Source: an uncultured Gemmatimonadaceae bacterium (GTDB taxonomy: Bacteria > Gemmatimonadota > Gemmatimonadetes > Gemmatimonadales > Gemmatimonadaceae). From it: DNA of 64,000 nt. The notes below the pieces were generated by a model that saw only the letters and a list, made by a program, of their open reading frames with translations, did not search any database and was not told where the DNA came from. Numbering within the stretch: the first letter of the stretch is position 1; every line of letters starts with the position of its first letter. Shown here piece by piece: positions 8,680 through 16,933 of this stretch. Location: NCBI GenBank assembly GCA_963728115.1, contig CAVSJE010000004.1, forward strand, positions 30,982-94,981. Direction: 5' to 3'. A program made the translations under genes and the position numbers.

Positions 8680-10224
8680 TCACTTCTTCAGCGGATTGGT
8701 CAGGTGGCACACGAGGCACATCTGCATGTTCCGCGACCCCATGGCCTCGGCGTTGAAGTCGGGCCCGTGCGGGTTGACGTGCAGCCCGAGGCTCGAGTGG
8801 CAGCGCAGGCAGTCTCGCTGCTGGTGGCAGGCAGTGCACGAGGCGAGCCCCTGGCGCGCGGCCTGTCCGTGCTGGAGCAGCCAGAGCGGCTGTCCGGTGT
8901 GCGCGGTGCCGCGGACTCCGCCGGTGTTGGCGATCCCGGACTTCTGGTGGCACGACCGGCAGAACGTTTCCACGCGGTGACAGGTGCTGCAGTTCTGTTC
9001 CTGCGCGTAGGCGCTCGTGGCGTGCCGCGCCATGAAGTCGGCCGGATGGTAGTTGCCGCGGGTGGAGACGCCGTCGTGACAGGCGGTGCAGTCGCGGGGC
9101 TGGTGGCAGCCCTGGCAGTTCAGCTGCCCGCTCGCCGCCACCGTCTTGTGGTTGGTGGCGAACCCGTCGGGATGGACGTGGACCACCGCTGACCGCACGG
9201 TGTCGCGGCCGCTGGCCAGCAACACCGGCCCCGCGGCCGCCGCCGGTGCCGGCGCGGACCGGGCGGCGAGCATGGCCGGGCCGGCGGCGGGCGGCGCCGC
9301 GCGCTGGCCGGCGTGGATGAGCACGACCCCAGGGGCGCGCCCGGGCTTGGGCTCGGGCAATTGGTCGATCACGTCGCGCCCCATCTGCCCGGTATGGCAG
9401 CTGGTGCAGCTGGTGCGTGTGTGACAGCTGGCGCAGGTCTGCGGCGCGGCGCGGGCGCCGGCCGCGTGCGCGTAGCTCCAGGTGTACGCCTTGTGGGACG
9501 CCGGTGTGAAGTACGCCGGCTCGACGCCGCGCTCCAACTCGGCCACCCGCGCGTCATGGTCGAGCGCCTGGATGGCGGGGAGCCGTTCCGCGTTCGCGTG
9601 ACAGCGTTCGCAACTTTCCCGGGCGTGACAGATGGCGCACTGGGCAATCTGGGCGTCGTTCTTCGGCGCGTGCGTGGCCAGCCAGGTTGGATCGCTATGC
9701 GACGCCGGCTTCGGGAACGCCGCGATGGTGGCCGCCGAAAGGTTGGCCGCCTGCACCAGCGTCTTGTGGCAGGTCTTGCAATCCGCCGAGGCCGCCAGAT
9801 GCTCCGGCGCCTGATGGCGGTGGCAGGCGATGCAGGCGCTCGGATTGGCACCGGCCACGTGCATCCACGCCGTATCGGTCCCCGCCTGCTGGCCGTGACA
9901 GTTCACGCACGTGGCGGGCGACCCGCCCTGGGCCGACATCAATTCATGGTCGGTGTGCGAGAACTTGAGATTGGTGGCGCGTTCCACGTGCCCGCTCCAC
10001 GCCACGCGGCGGACGTCGGTGCCGTTGTGGCACTGGGCGCAGGCGTCCGATGTCGGAAACATGCGGGCCGAATCGCCGTCGGTGATTCCGGCATGGCATC
10101 CGGCGCAGGTCGGGAAGAGTTTCGCGTGCCGCGCGTGCGGAAACGCTCCCCGCGGCTGTTGGGTGCCGAGGGTGGCGGTGGCCACCGCGAGCACCAGCGG
10201 GACGAGCAGGCGTCGAATCTTCAT
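8680..10224 (-). CDS. Periplasmic 16-haem c-type cytochrome
   Basis: The ATG at 10224 overlaps the stop of the upstream gene as ATGA. It has a Sec signal (MKIRRLLVPLVLAVATATLG) and 16 CxxCH motifs, many as paired CxxCH-x4/5-CxxCH units. Confidence 0.9.
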   Translation of the reverse strand: MKIRRLLVPLVLAVATATLGTQQPRGAFPHARHAKLFPTCAGCHAGITDGDSARMFPTSDACAQCHNGTDVRRVAWSGHVERATNLKFSHTDHELMSAQGGSPATCVNCHGQQAGTDTAWMHVAGANPSACIACHRHQAPEHLAASADCKTCHKTLVQAANLSAATIAAFPKPASHSDPTWLATHAPKNDAQIAQCAICHARESCERCHANAERLPAIQALDHDARVAELERGVEPAYFTPASHKAYTWSYAHAAGARAAPQTCASCHTRTSCTSCHTGQMGRDVIDQLPEPKPGRAPGVVLIHAGQRAAPPAAGPAMLAARSAPAPAAAAGPVLLASGRDTVRSAVVHVHPDGFATNHKTVAASGQLNCQGCHQPRDCTACHDGVSTRGNYHPADFMARHATSAYAQEQNCSTCHRVETFCRSCHQKSGIANTGGVRGTAHTGQPLWLLQHGQAARQGLASCTACHQQRDCLRCHSSLGLHVNPHGPDFNAEAMGSRNMQMCLVCHLTNPLKK

Positions 10225-11777
10225 GGCCGCCTCACCGGACCGACGGTCCACGAACCGGTCCCCGGTTCCCCGCCCACCCGCCACTCGAGGCGCAGGCTGG
10301 CGCGGCGCTGGTTCCAGTCCGCGAGGTCGGGTTCGTTCCGGCCCGTGTGGTGATACAGGGTGGCATCGCCGACCAGGCGCAGGTCCGGCCGAATCCGGTA
10401 GGCGCCCTCGAGGCCGGTGCCCCACACGCGCCCCTCACCCACCGAGAATTCGTAGATGTTCTGGAACGCCGTCCCGTGGACGGCCAGGGAACCGCGATCG
10501 CTGGGTTGCCAGCGGATCGAGACATCGCCGTCGGTGCTCGACGCCCCGAAATTGATGTCCATGTCGTAGCTGCCCTGCACCGACCAGGCATCGGTGGCGC
10601 GGAGGGAGCCGTTGGCCCCCACGCGCCAGCCGCTGGTGCGGAGCGGGAGCGAGGCGACGCCGGTGTACGTGTCCGCGTATGAGCGGTATCCGCCGGTGAG
10701 GCCGAACGCCATCCGGGTGCCGGGCGTGCTCCAGTTGAGATTCCCGGTCATCTCGTTGTAGCCCACCGGTGAGAACGCCCCCCAGATGGTCCACAGATCG
10801 AAGTAGGGTGAGTAGTGACGGAATTCGAGGCGGGACCCGATGCGGTGCCAGGGATTGAAGGCGACGTGCGCCGTCAGATCGTTGAAGGTCTCGGTGGCCA
10901 GATCGCGCGTCGCCGCCCCGCCGAAGCTGGCGAGCGAGGAGCGGAATTCGGCGGTCGCCGCCAGTCGCTCCGAGTACAGCGCACCCCGATCGTTCCGGAT
11001 CTCCCGCTGGTACTGCACCTGCACGGCGGTTCCCGGTCCCGGCCGGAACTGCATGGTACCGCCCACCAGGAACGACTTGTCCACGGGCGGGATGTCCTCC
11101 ACCGGGGAGAGGGCGGCGGCGCCGAGCGGGCGGTCGAGCCCCTGCACGAGCGTGCCGCCGCCGTAGGCACTGAGGCCCAGCATCGGAATCGGGCGCACGG
11201 TCACCGACGCCCCGTCGAAGTTGAAAACGCCGAGCGCGGAGGTGACCCACTGCCGTCCGAGGCGGGCCAGCACCGGCGCGCGGTCGTACTCGGCGTACGC
11301 GGCCAGGACGTCGAAGTTCTGGTTGGCCTGCGGCCAGAGATCGCGGGCGTCGCCCTGGGCGGTTCGTCCTCGCAATTGCGCATGGATGCTGAGCCCGGGC
11401 CGCAGCCCCCACGCCGTCACGTCGAGGTCCTGCATCAGCGCCGTGAGGCTGGCGCGTGGTGCCGAGCGGTAGAAATAGCAGTACGGGTCGCCCACCGTGC
11501 ACGTGGTGATCACGCCGCTCGGCGTCCGGCGGAAGAGCGTCGACACCGAGTCGGTGGAGCCGAACGGCACACTGTCCGTCACCAGGGGCCGCATATCGAG
11601 GAACTGCGCCCAACTCGAGCCCTGGATGACGTATCCCTGGGCACGTGCCGGCGCCGCCGACACCGTGGGCAGTCCGACGGCGAGCGCGGCCCAGAGCATG
11701 CGCCGCGTCCATCGAGCCAGCCCCTTCGGTCGAGATCCACGGCCACTGGCGTCGTGTGCTCGATCGCGCGCGATCAT
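10221..11777 (-). CDS. Predicted outer-membrane beta-barrel protein of unknown family
   Basis: The ATG at 11777 has GGAGG 6 nt upstream. A long signal peptide ends AAPARAQG. It has many amphipathic alternating strands (AVQVQYQREIRN, IGSRLEFRHY, MAFGLTGGYRSY, DVSIRWQP, LRLVGDATLYHH) and is rich in G, Y, W and R. Confidence 0.6.
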   Translation of the reverse strand: MIARDRAHDASGRGSRPKGLARWTRRMLWAALAVGLPTVSAAPARAQGYVIQGSSWAQFLDMRPLVTDSVPFGSTDSVSTLFRRTPSGVITTCTVGDPYCYFYRSAPRASLTALMQDLDVTAWGLRPGLSIHAQLRGRTAQGDARDLWPQANQNFDVLAAYAEYDRAPVLARLGRQWVTSALGVFNFDGASVTVRPIPMLGLSAYGGGTLVQGLDRPLGAAALSPVEDIPPVDKSFLVGGTMQFRPGPGTAVQVQYQREIRNDRGALYSERLAATAEFRSSLASFGGAATRDLATETFNDLTAHVAFNPWHRIGSRLEFRHYSPYFDLWTIWGAFSPVGYNEMTGNLNWSTPGTRMAFGLTGGYRSYADTYTGVASLPLRTSGWRVGANGSLRATDAWSVQGSYDMDINFGASSTDGDVSIRWQPSDRGSLAVHGTAFQNIYEFSVGEGRVWGTGLEGAYRIRPDLRLVGDATLYHHTGRNEPDLADWNQRRASLRLEWRVGGEPGTGSWTVGPVRRP

Positions 11778-11840
11778 CGTCGCCTCCGGTACCGCTGCAC
11801 CGGTTCGAGGTCCGGGCACCGGGCCCTGGGGCCCGGTGCT

Positions 11841-11878
11841 GGTGCGGGCCGGGAAGGTGTTCGTTCCCGGCCCGCACC
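11841..11878 (-). terminator. Perfect 15-bp GC hairpin between cytochrome A and the beta-barrel gene (attenuator or mRNA-stability element)
   Basis: GGTGCGGGCCGGGAA-ggtgttcg-TTCCCGGCCCGCACC. No U-tract follows it. Confidence 0.4.
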
Positions 11879-11914
11879 GAGTGAGTCTACTGCGTCATGC
11901 CAGCCCCGCCCCGA

Positions 11915-13360
11915 TCACTTGTGGAACATCGTGGGCAGGATGTTGTTGAGGTTCACGCCAACCTGCGGCGCGATGCCATAGTCCTTCTGCATCTGGTTGA
12001 TGCTCGCCGTCAGCAGCGCCTCGATGAGGAACGGGTTGTGAACCACCGACCCCGGCTCCTCGGCGAGTTGCAGATTGAACTGCGCGCCCTTGGCGGTGGT
12101 GAGCGTGGTGCTCACCGCCAGCTCCGCCGGATCCACCTGCGCCAGCTGGTGCGCCAGCGTCGAGTCGAGGAGCGCCAGGCGCCCCCGCGTGGCCGTCAGT
12201 GCCGACTGGGCGACGGCGTCGCTGCCGTGGCAGCCGCTCGCCGTGCAGGCGCTGAAGGAGCGTGCCGAGATATCGCACGTGTTGTCCGTGGTCGGCAGCC
12301 CGCTGGCATCGAGACACGGGATGGCGACGAACAGGTGGCCGGTCGCCTGGAAGGCGAAGTTGCCGGTGTTCGGATCGGTGACCGTGAAGCGGTTGACGTG
12401 ACAGGTCACGCAGAGGCCAGGATTACGGCTCGACCCGTGGGTAGCAACGATGGTGTCGGGCAGATTGAGCTGGGTGCCCGGGGGCCACCAACCAGCGGTT
12501 CCGATGAGGAGTGGGCCTTCCGGCGAGTGCGGCCCGTGGGTGTTGGTCGGGTCGGCCACCGCGTTCCGCTGGTGGCACTTCATGCACAGGTTCTGCGTCG
12601 GGTCCGTGCTGTTGATCGGGAACCGAAGCTGGGCCGGATTGTCGCTGCCGTGCGGATCGTGGCACACCGCGCAGACGATCGGCAGCGGGTTGGTGGCGAC
12701 CTGGTCCTTCTCGAGATAGGCCGTGTTGACGTTGAAGGCCGCCAGCGCACCTTGCGCCGTGTGGCAGGGCTGGCAACTCGCGTTCCCCATCGCGTGCGAG
12801 TTCATCTGCCCGTGCATCGACTGCTTCCACTCGTCGACGAACGGTTCGTGCGTGCCGCTGTGGCATTCGCCGCAGCCATCGCCGAACGCCGCACCGGTAT
12901 CGACGGCGATCGAGGCCAACGGACGATTGCCGAGCCCTGGCGAGGTGATGTGGGCCAGCCCCGGGCCGTGGCAGCTCTCGCACTGCACGTCTTCGTAGCG
13001 CGCGTCGTGCGTGGAGGTGTAGCCGACCTGATCCTGCGTGACCGCGTTGCCGTTCTTGCTGATCGTGTGGCAGGGTTCGCAGGAGGCGCCGGCGTGCCCG
13101 CTGGCCTGCAGGTCGGCCCATGCCGAGGCGTGCTTCGTGCCGGCCCACTGCCCCTGCTTCTCGACGTGACAGTTGCCGCAGACGGTCTGCTTGGTGACCG
13201 TGTCGGAGTACCCGACGAAGTCACCCGCCGCCGTCGGGGGCGTCGTGAAACTCGGCTCGCTCCGGTAGACGATCTTTTCGCTGGTACACGAAGAGGCGAC
13301 CACCGCTGCGATCAGCACCGCGGTAAGCCGCCCCAAAACCGGATTTCTCGAGACTCTCAT
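11915..13360 (-). CDS. Multihaem c-type cytochrome lipoprotein, paralogue A (8 CxxCH plus 1 CxxxxCH)
   Basis: The start at 13360 was chosen by homology to paralogue B (MRVSRNPVLGRL). It has the lipobox VASSC, eight CxxCH motifs (CGNCH, CEPCH, CESCH, CGECH, CQPCH, CAVCH, CMKCH, CVTCH) and one CTASGCH. Confidence 0.9.
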   Translation of the reverse strand: MRVSRNPVLGRLTAVLIAAVVASSCTSEKIVYRSEPSFTTPPTAAGDFVGYSDTVTKQTVCGNCHVEKQGQWAGTKHASAWADLQASGHAGASCEPCHTISKNGNAVTQDQVGYTSTHDARYEDVQCESCHGPGLAHITSPGLGNRPLASIAVDTGAAFGDGCGECHSGTHEPFVDEWKQSMHGQMNSHAMGNASCQPCHTAQGALAAFNVNTAYLEKDQVATNPLPIVCAVCHDPHGSDNPAQLRFPINSTDPTQNLCMKCHQRNAVADPTNTHGPHSPEGPLLIGTAGWWPPGTQLNLPDTIVATHGSSRNPGLCVTCHVNRFTVTDPNTGNFAFQATGHLFVAIPCLDASGLPTTDNTCDISARSFSACTASGCHGSDAVAQSALTATRGRLALLDSTLAHQLAQVDPAELAVSTTLTTAKGAQFNLQLAEEPGSVVHNPFLIEALLTASINQMQKDYGIAPQVGVNLNNILPTMFHK

Positions 13361-13493
13361 ATCTACTCTCCGCACACCGTTGGGGGACGTGGGATCAGAC
13401 TGCCCTGCGTTCGCTACTCCGGCTGCTCCAATTCGATTCGTTCTCGTAACGCCTTCGAGTGACGCGAAATGTGGTGTCTGCTCGAATGCCCCA

Positions 13494-13522
13494 CCGTCGG
13501 AGGATGCCGGAGTTTTGTGGGG
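13494..13522 (-). promoter_or_regulatory. Conserved 29-nt upstream box, copy 1, about 135-160 nt upstream of cytochrome A
   Basis: On the plus strand it reads CCGTCGGaggatgCCGGAGTTTTGTGGGG. It matches 25 of 29 positions of the box at 15284-15312. Confidence 0.35.
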
Positions 13523-13637
13523 GAAAGCCCTACGCGCGCGTCATCCGTTTCCCACTCCCGGCGTTACTATAGGTAGCACCGTGACGGCAGACGGCAATAC
13601 CGGTTCTCCCTCAGTCCATCCGGCTGCGGGACGACGA

Positions 13638-13673
13638 CAGGGGGTGGAGCCGGTATGCTGGCTTCACCCCCTG
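13638..13673 (-). terminator. GC hairpin 22-57 nt downstream of the cytochrome B stop
   Basis: A CAGGGGGTG/CACCCCCTG 9-bp stem is extended by an inner GAGCC/GGCTT pairing, with an 8-nt loop. Confidence 0.45.
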
Positions 13674-13694
13674 CCGCCCACCCATCCCCACTCG

Positions 13695-15143
13695 TTAGCG
13701 GTAGTTGGCCGCTCCCTGCGGCAGAATGTTGGCGAGATTCACGCTGATCGTCGGCGCGATCCCGTAGTCCGTCTGGATCTGCTGGATGCTCTTGGTGAGC
13801 AGCGTTTCCATCAGGAACGGATTGTGGACTTCACTGCCCGGCTTCTCGGCCAGTTGCAGATTGAACTTTGCCCCGATGGCCGAATTCATGGTCGTGCTCT
13901 GGAATTCGGTGGCCGGGATCTGAACGAGCTGGCTGTTCAGCGCCGAGTCGAGCAGCGCGAGCCGGCCGGTGACCGCGGTCCAGGCCGACCGAGCGGCGGC
14001 GGGGCTGCCGTGGCAACCACTGGTGGCGCAGGCCGAGAAGGAACGCTGCGAGATGTCGCACTCGCCCGTGGTCGGGACGCCGTTGGCGTCCAGGCACGGG
14101 GCGGCGGCGAACGTGTGCCCCTGGTAGCTGACCACGAACCCACCGGTCGAGTCGGTGATCGTCTGCGTACCCATGTGGCAGGTCACGCAGAGTTTCGCGT
14201 TGGCCGATGAGCCGTGCGTGCCGATGATGGTATCCGGCCCGGTGTAGTTGGCCGGGAAGTAGCCCGCGTAGCCGAGGAGGACCGGACCTTCCGGCGCCAT
14301 CGGGGCGTGGCTGCTCGCCGGGGCGACCGGCTTGCCATTCCGCTGGTGGCAGCGCATGCAGAGGTTGGCAGCGGTGTCGGGGACGTCGACCGGGTAGCGC
14401 AGCTGGGCGACGTTCGGACCGCCGTGCGGGTCGTGGCAAACCGCGCAGGTGATCCCCATCGGGTTGGTGGCTTCCTCGGTGGCTTCCTTGTAGTTGGTGT
14501 TCACGCCCCAGGCGGTCAGGGCGTCCTGGCCGACGTGGCAGTTCGTGCACGCGGCGTTGCCGAGCGCGTGCGCTTCCAGATGCGCGTGGCCGGCATCCTT
14601 GGTCTGGACCCACTCGTCGACGAAGGGATCGTGCGTGCCGGTGTGGCACTCCCCGCACCCGTCGCCGAACGCGGCGCCGGTGTCGACCGCGATCGAGGCC
14701 AACGGGCGGTTGGACAGCCCGGGCGCCGTGACGTGCGTCAGGCCGGCGCCGTGGCAGCTCTCGCACTGGACGTCCTCGTACCGAGTGTCGTTCGTGGAGA
14801 GGTAGCCGGACGCCGAATCGGGCGAGGCGTTGCCGTTGGAGTTCACGGTATGGCAGGGGGCGCACGAGGCGCCGGCGTGGCCGCTGGCCTGGAGATCCGC
14901 CCAGGCATTCGCATGCTTGGTGGTGGACCACTTGGCCTGCTGGTCCACGTGACAATTGCCGCACACGGTCTGCTTGGTGACCGTGTCCGCGTACCCGACG
15001 AAGTTCGCGGCCGCCGCTGGCGGCGTCGTGAAGCTCGGTTCGCTCCGGTAGGCGATTCGTTCGCTGGTACACGAGGAGACGACGACCGCGCCGACCAACA
15101 GCGCGATCAGCCGTCCCAGCACCGGACTCGTAGAGGATTTCAT
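13695..15143 (-). CDS. Multihaem c-type cytochrome lipoprotein, paralogue B (8 CxxCH plus 1 CxxxxCH)
   Basis: The ATG at 15143 gives MKSSTSPVLGRLIALLVGAVVVSSC (lipobox). It is colinear with paralogue A and, by eye, about two-thirds identical. Confidence 0.9.
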   Translation of the reverse strand: MKSSTSPVLGRLIALLVGAVVVSSCTSERIAYRSEPSFTTPPAAAANFVGYADTVTKQTVCGNCHVDQQAKWSTTKHANAWADLQASGHAGASCAPCHTVNSNGNASPDSASGYLSTNDTRYEDVQCESCHGAGLTHVTAPGLSNRPLASIAVDTGAAFGDGCGECHTGTHDPFVDEWVQTKDAGHAHLEAHALGNAACTNCHVGQDALTAWGVNTNYKEATEEATNPMGITCAVCHDPHGGPNVAQLRYPVDVPDTAANLCMRCHQRNGKPVAPASSHAPMAPEGPVLLGYAGYFPANYTGPDTIIGTHGSSANAKLCVTCHMGTQTITDSTGGFVVSYQGHTFAAAPCLDANGVPTTGECDISQRSFSACATSGCHGSPAAARSAWTAVTGRLALLDSALNSQLVQIPATEFQSTTMNSAIGAKFNLQLAEKPGSEVHNPFLMETLLTKSIQQIQTDYGIAPTISVNLANILPQGAANYR

Positions 15144-15283
15144 GTTTATCGTTCTCCGCACTCCGTGGGGGCGTGGGGGGACTGCTCGGTGAAACTCGAG
15201 TGATGGTTCGTACTTGTCCTGCAGCATTTCGTATCGTCACCTGTTGCTGCGGAGTTGAACCTGCCGTTCGCACTTCCGCGCGA

Positions 15284-15312
15284 CCGTCGGCAAATACCGG
15301 AGTTTTGTGGGG
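15284..15312 (-). promoter_or_regulatory. Conserved 29-nt upstream box, copy 2, about 140-170 nt upstream of cytochrome B
   Basis: On the plus strand it reads CCGTCGGcaaataCCGGAGTTTTGTGGGG. It sits at the same relative position as copy 1. Confidence 0.35.
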
Positions 15313-15483
15313 AGCGCACCGACGACCGTGTCATGCGACTTCCCCTATGGTCGTCGGATGCCGACGGCGCGTACGGCTTTCCCTGACACGAACCACCCCG
15401 CTGCCTGACTGACGGACGACGGTGCGATTCCCAGCTTGGGCCCATCGCGCGGGGTCTCGCCCCGCCCGCACCAGGGAGGAACG

Positions 15484-15792
15484 ATGTGCCTCGGGGTTCC
15501 CGGCCGCGTACTGGAAGTGGATGGACAGATCGCGCAGGTCGACTTCTTCGGCATTCGCCGCGAGACACGACTCGACATCATCGATGAGCCCGTGGCGCCC
15601 GGCGACTACATCCTGAATCACGTCGGGTTCGCCATCCGGCGGATTCCCAGCCACGAGATCGCCGAAACGCTCGCGCTGTACGAACTGCTGCTGCGCGAGG
15701 CGGAGAACGACATGATGGCGGCCGACGTGCGCGGCGAGATCGACGCCACCCGCCCATCGGCCGGCAAGCCGGCAGGAGCGAACGGTGCCTGA
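15484..15792 (+). CDS. hypC: Hydrogenase assembly chaperone HypC
   Basis: It starts MCLGVPGRVLEV (the essential N-terminal Cys2). GGGAGGA lies just upstream of the ATG at 15484. Confidence 0.9.
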   Translation: MCLGVPGRVLEVDGQIAQVDFFGIRRETRLDIIDEPVAPGDYILNHVGFAIRRIPSHEIAETLALYELLLREAENDMMAADVRGEIDATRPSAGKPAGANGA

Positions 15793-16933
15793 CGCCCCGG
15801 TGGCGGCGCCCGTGCTGCCGAAGGGCGCGGGCGAGCTGAAGTTCCGCGACCCGGCGCGGGCCCGCGACCTGGCGGGCGCCATCGGCCACATGTGCGACCA
15901 GATCGGGCGCGCGCCGGTGACGGTCATGCACGTGTGCGGCAGCCACGAGCAGGCGATCGCGAAGTTCGGGTTGCGGCAGACCTTTCCAGCCGCGCTCGAC
16001 GTGATCATGGGCCCGGGGTGTCCGGTGTGCGTCACCGACCTCCCGGAAGTGGACGAGGCGGTGGTGCTGGCCGAGGACGGCGTGCGGGTGGTGACCTACG
16101 GCGACATGCTGCGCGTGCCGGGGACGGTGCGCTCCCTGGCCGAGACGCAGTCGATGGGCGCGAACGTGGACGTCGTGTACAGCGCCGCGCAGGCGGTCGA
16201 GATCGCGCGCGACACCGACGAGCCGGTGGTGTTCTTCGCCAGCGGCTTCGAGACCACGGCCGTGGCCACGGCGGCGATTCTGGTGGCCGACCCGCCGCCG
16301 AACTTCTTCGTGCTCTCTGCGCACAAGTACATCCCGCCGGTGATGGAGATCGTAGCCGAGATGCCGGAGACGCGCATCGAAGGGTTCCTCGCCGCGGGCC
16401 ACGCGGCCACGATCACCGGTTGGGGGATCTTCGAGCGATTCGTGGAGCGCCACGGGATTCCCGTGGTCGTCGCCGGGTTCGAGCCGCTGGACATCCTGGC
16501 CGGCCTGGCGCAGCTCGTGGAGCTGATCCGCGACGGGCGCCACGAGGTGGTGAACACCTTCCCGCGCTGCGTCACCAAGGAGGGCAACCGTGTGGCGCAG
16601 GAACAGCTCTGGCGGGTGTTCCGCACCACGGGCGGCAACTGGCGCGGCATCGCGCACGTGCCGAACGGCAACCTGCGGCTGCGCGACGAGTTCGCGCGCT
16701 TCGACGCCCGGCGCCAGTTCATCATCGACCTCAAGCGGCTCTGGACGCAGGCGCCGGCGGCGCTCACGCAGCTCTGCATCTGCGGCGACATCATGGCCGG
16801 CATCTCCTCGCCCGAGAAGTGCTCGCTGTTCGGCAAGGAATGCGTGCCCGATGCGCCGGTGGGCGCCTGCATGGTGAGCAGCGAGGGCACGTGCCGCATC
16901 TGGCACCAGTACGGGGGACATCCGAAACTATGA
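15785..16933 (+). CDS. hypD: Hydrogenase maturation Fe-S protein HypD
   Basis: 382 aa with the motifs MHVCGSHE, GPGCPVCVT, FFASGFETT and the C-terminal CxxxxxxxC region. A GTG start overlaps the hypC end by 8 nt. Confidence 0.94.
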   Translation: MPDAPVAAPVLPKGAGELKFRDPARARDLAGAIGHMCDQIGRAPVTVMHVCGSHEQAIAKFGLRQTFPAALDVIMGPGCPVCVTDLPEVDEAVVLAEDGVRVVTYGDMLRVPGTVRSLAETQSMGANVDVVYSAAQAVEIARDTDEPVVFFASGFETTAVATAAILVADPPPNFFVLSAHKYIPPVMEIVAEMPETRIEGFLAAGHAATITGWGIFERFVERHGIPVVVAGFEPLDILAGLAQLVELIRDGRHEVVNTFPRCVTKEGNRVAQEQLWRVFRTTGGNWRGIAHVPNGNLRLRDEFARFDARRQFIIDLKRLWTQAPAALTQLCICGDIMAGISSPEKCSLFGKECVPDAPVGACMVSSEGTCRIWHQYGGHPKL

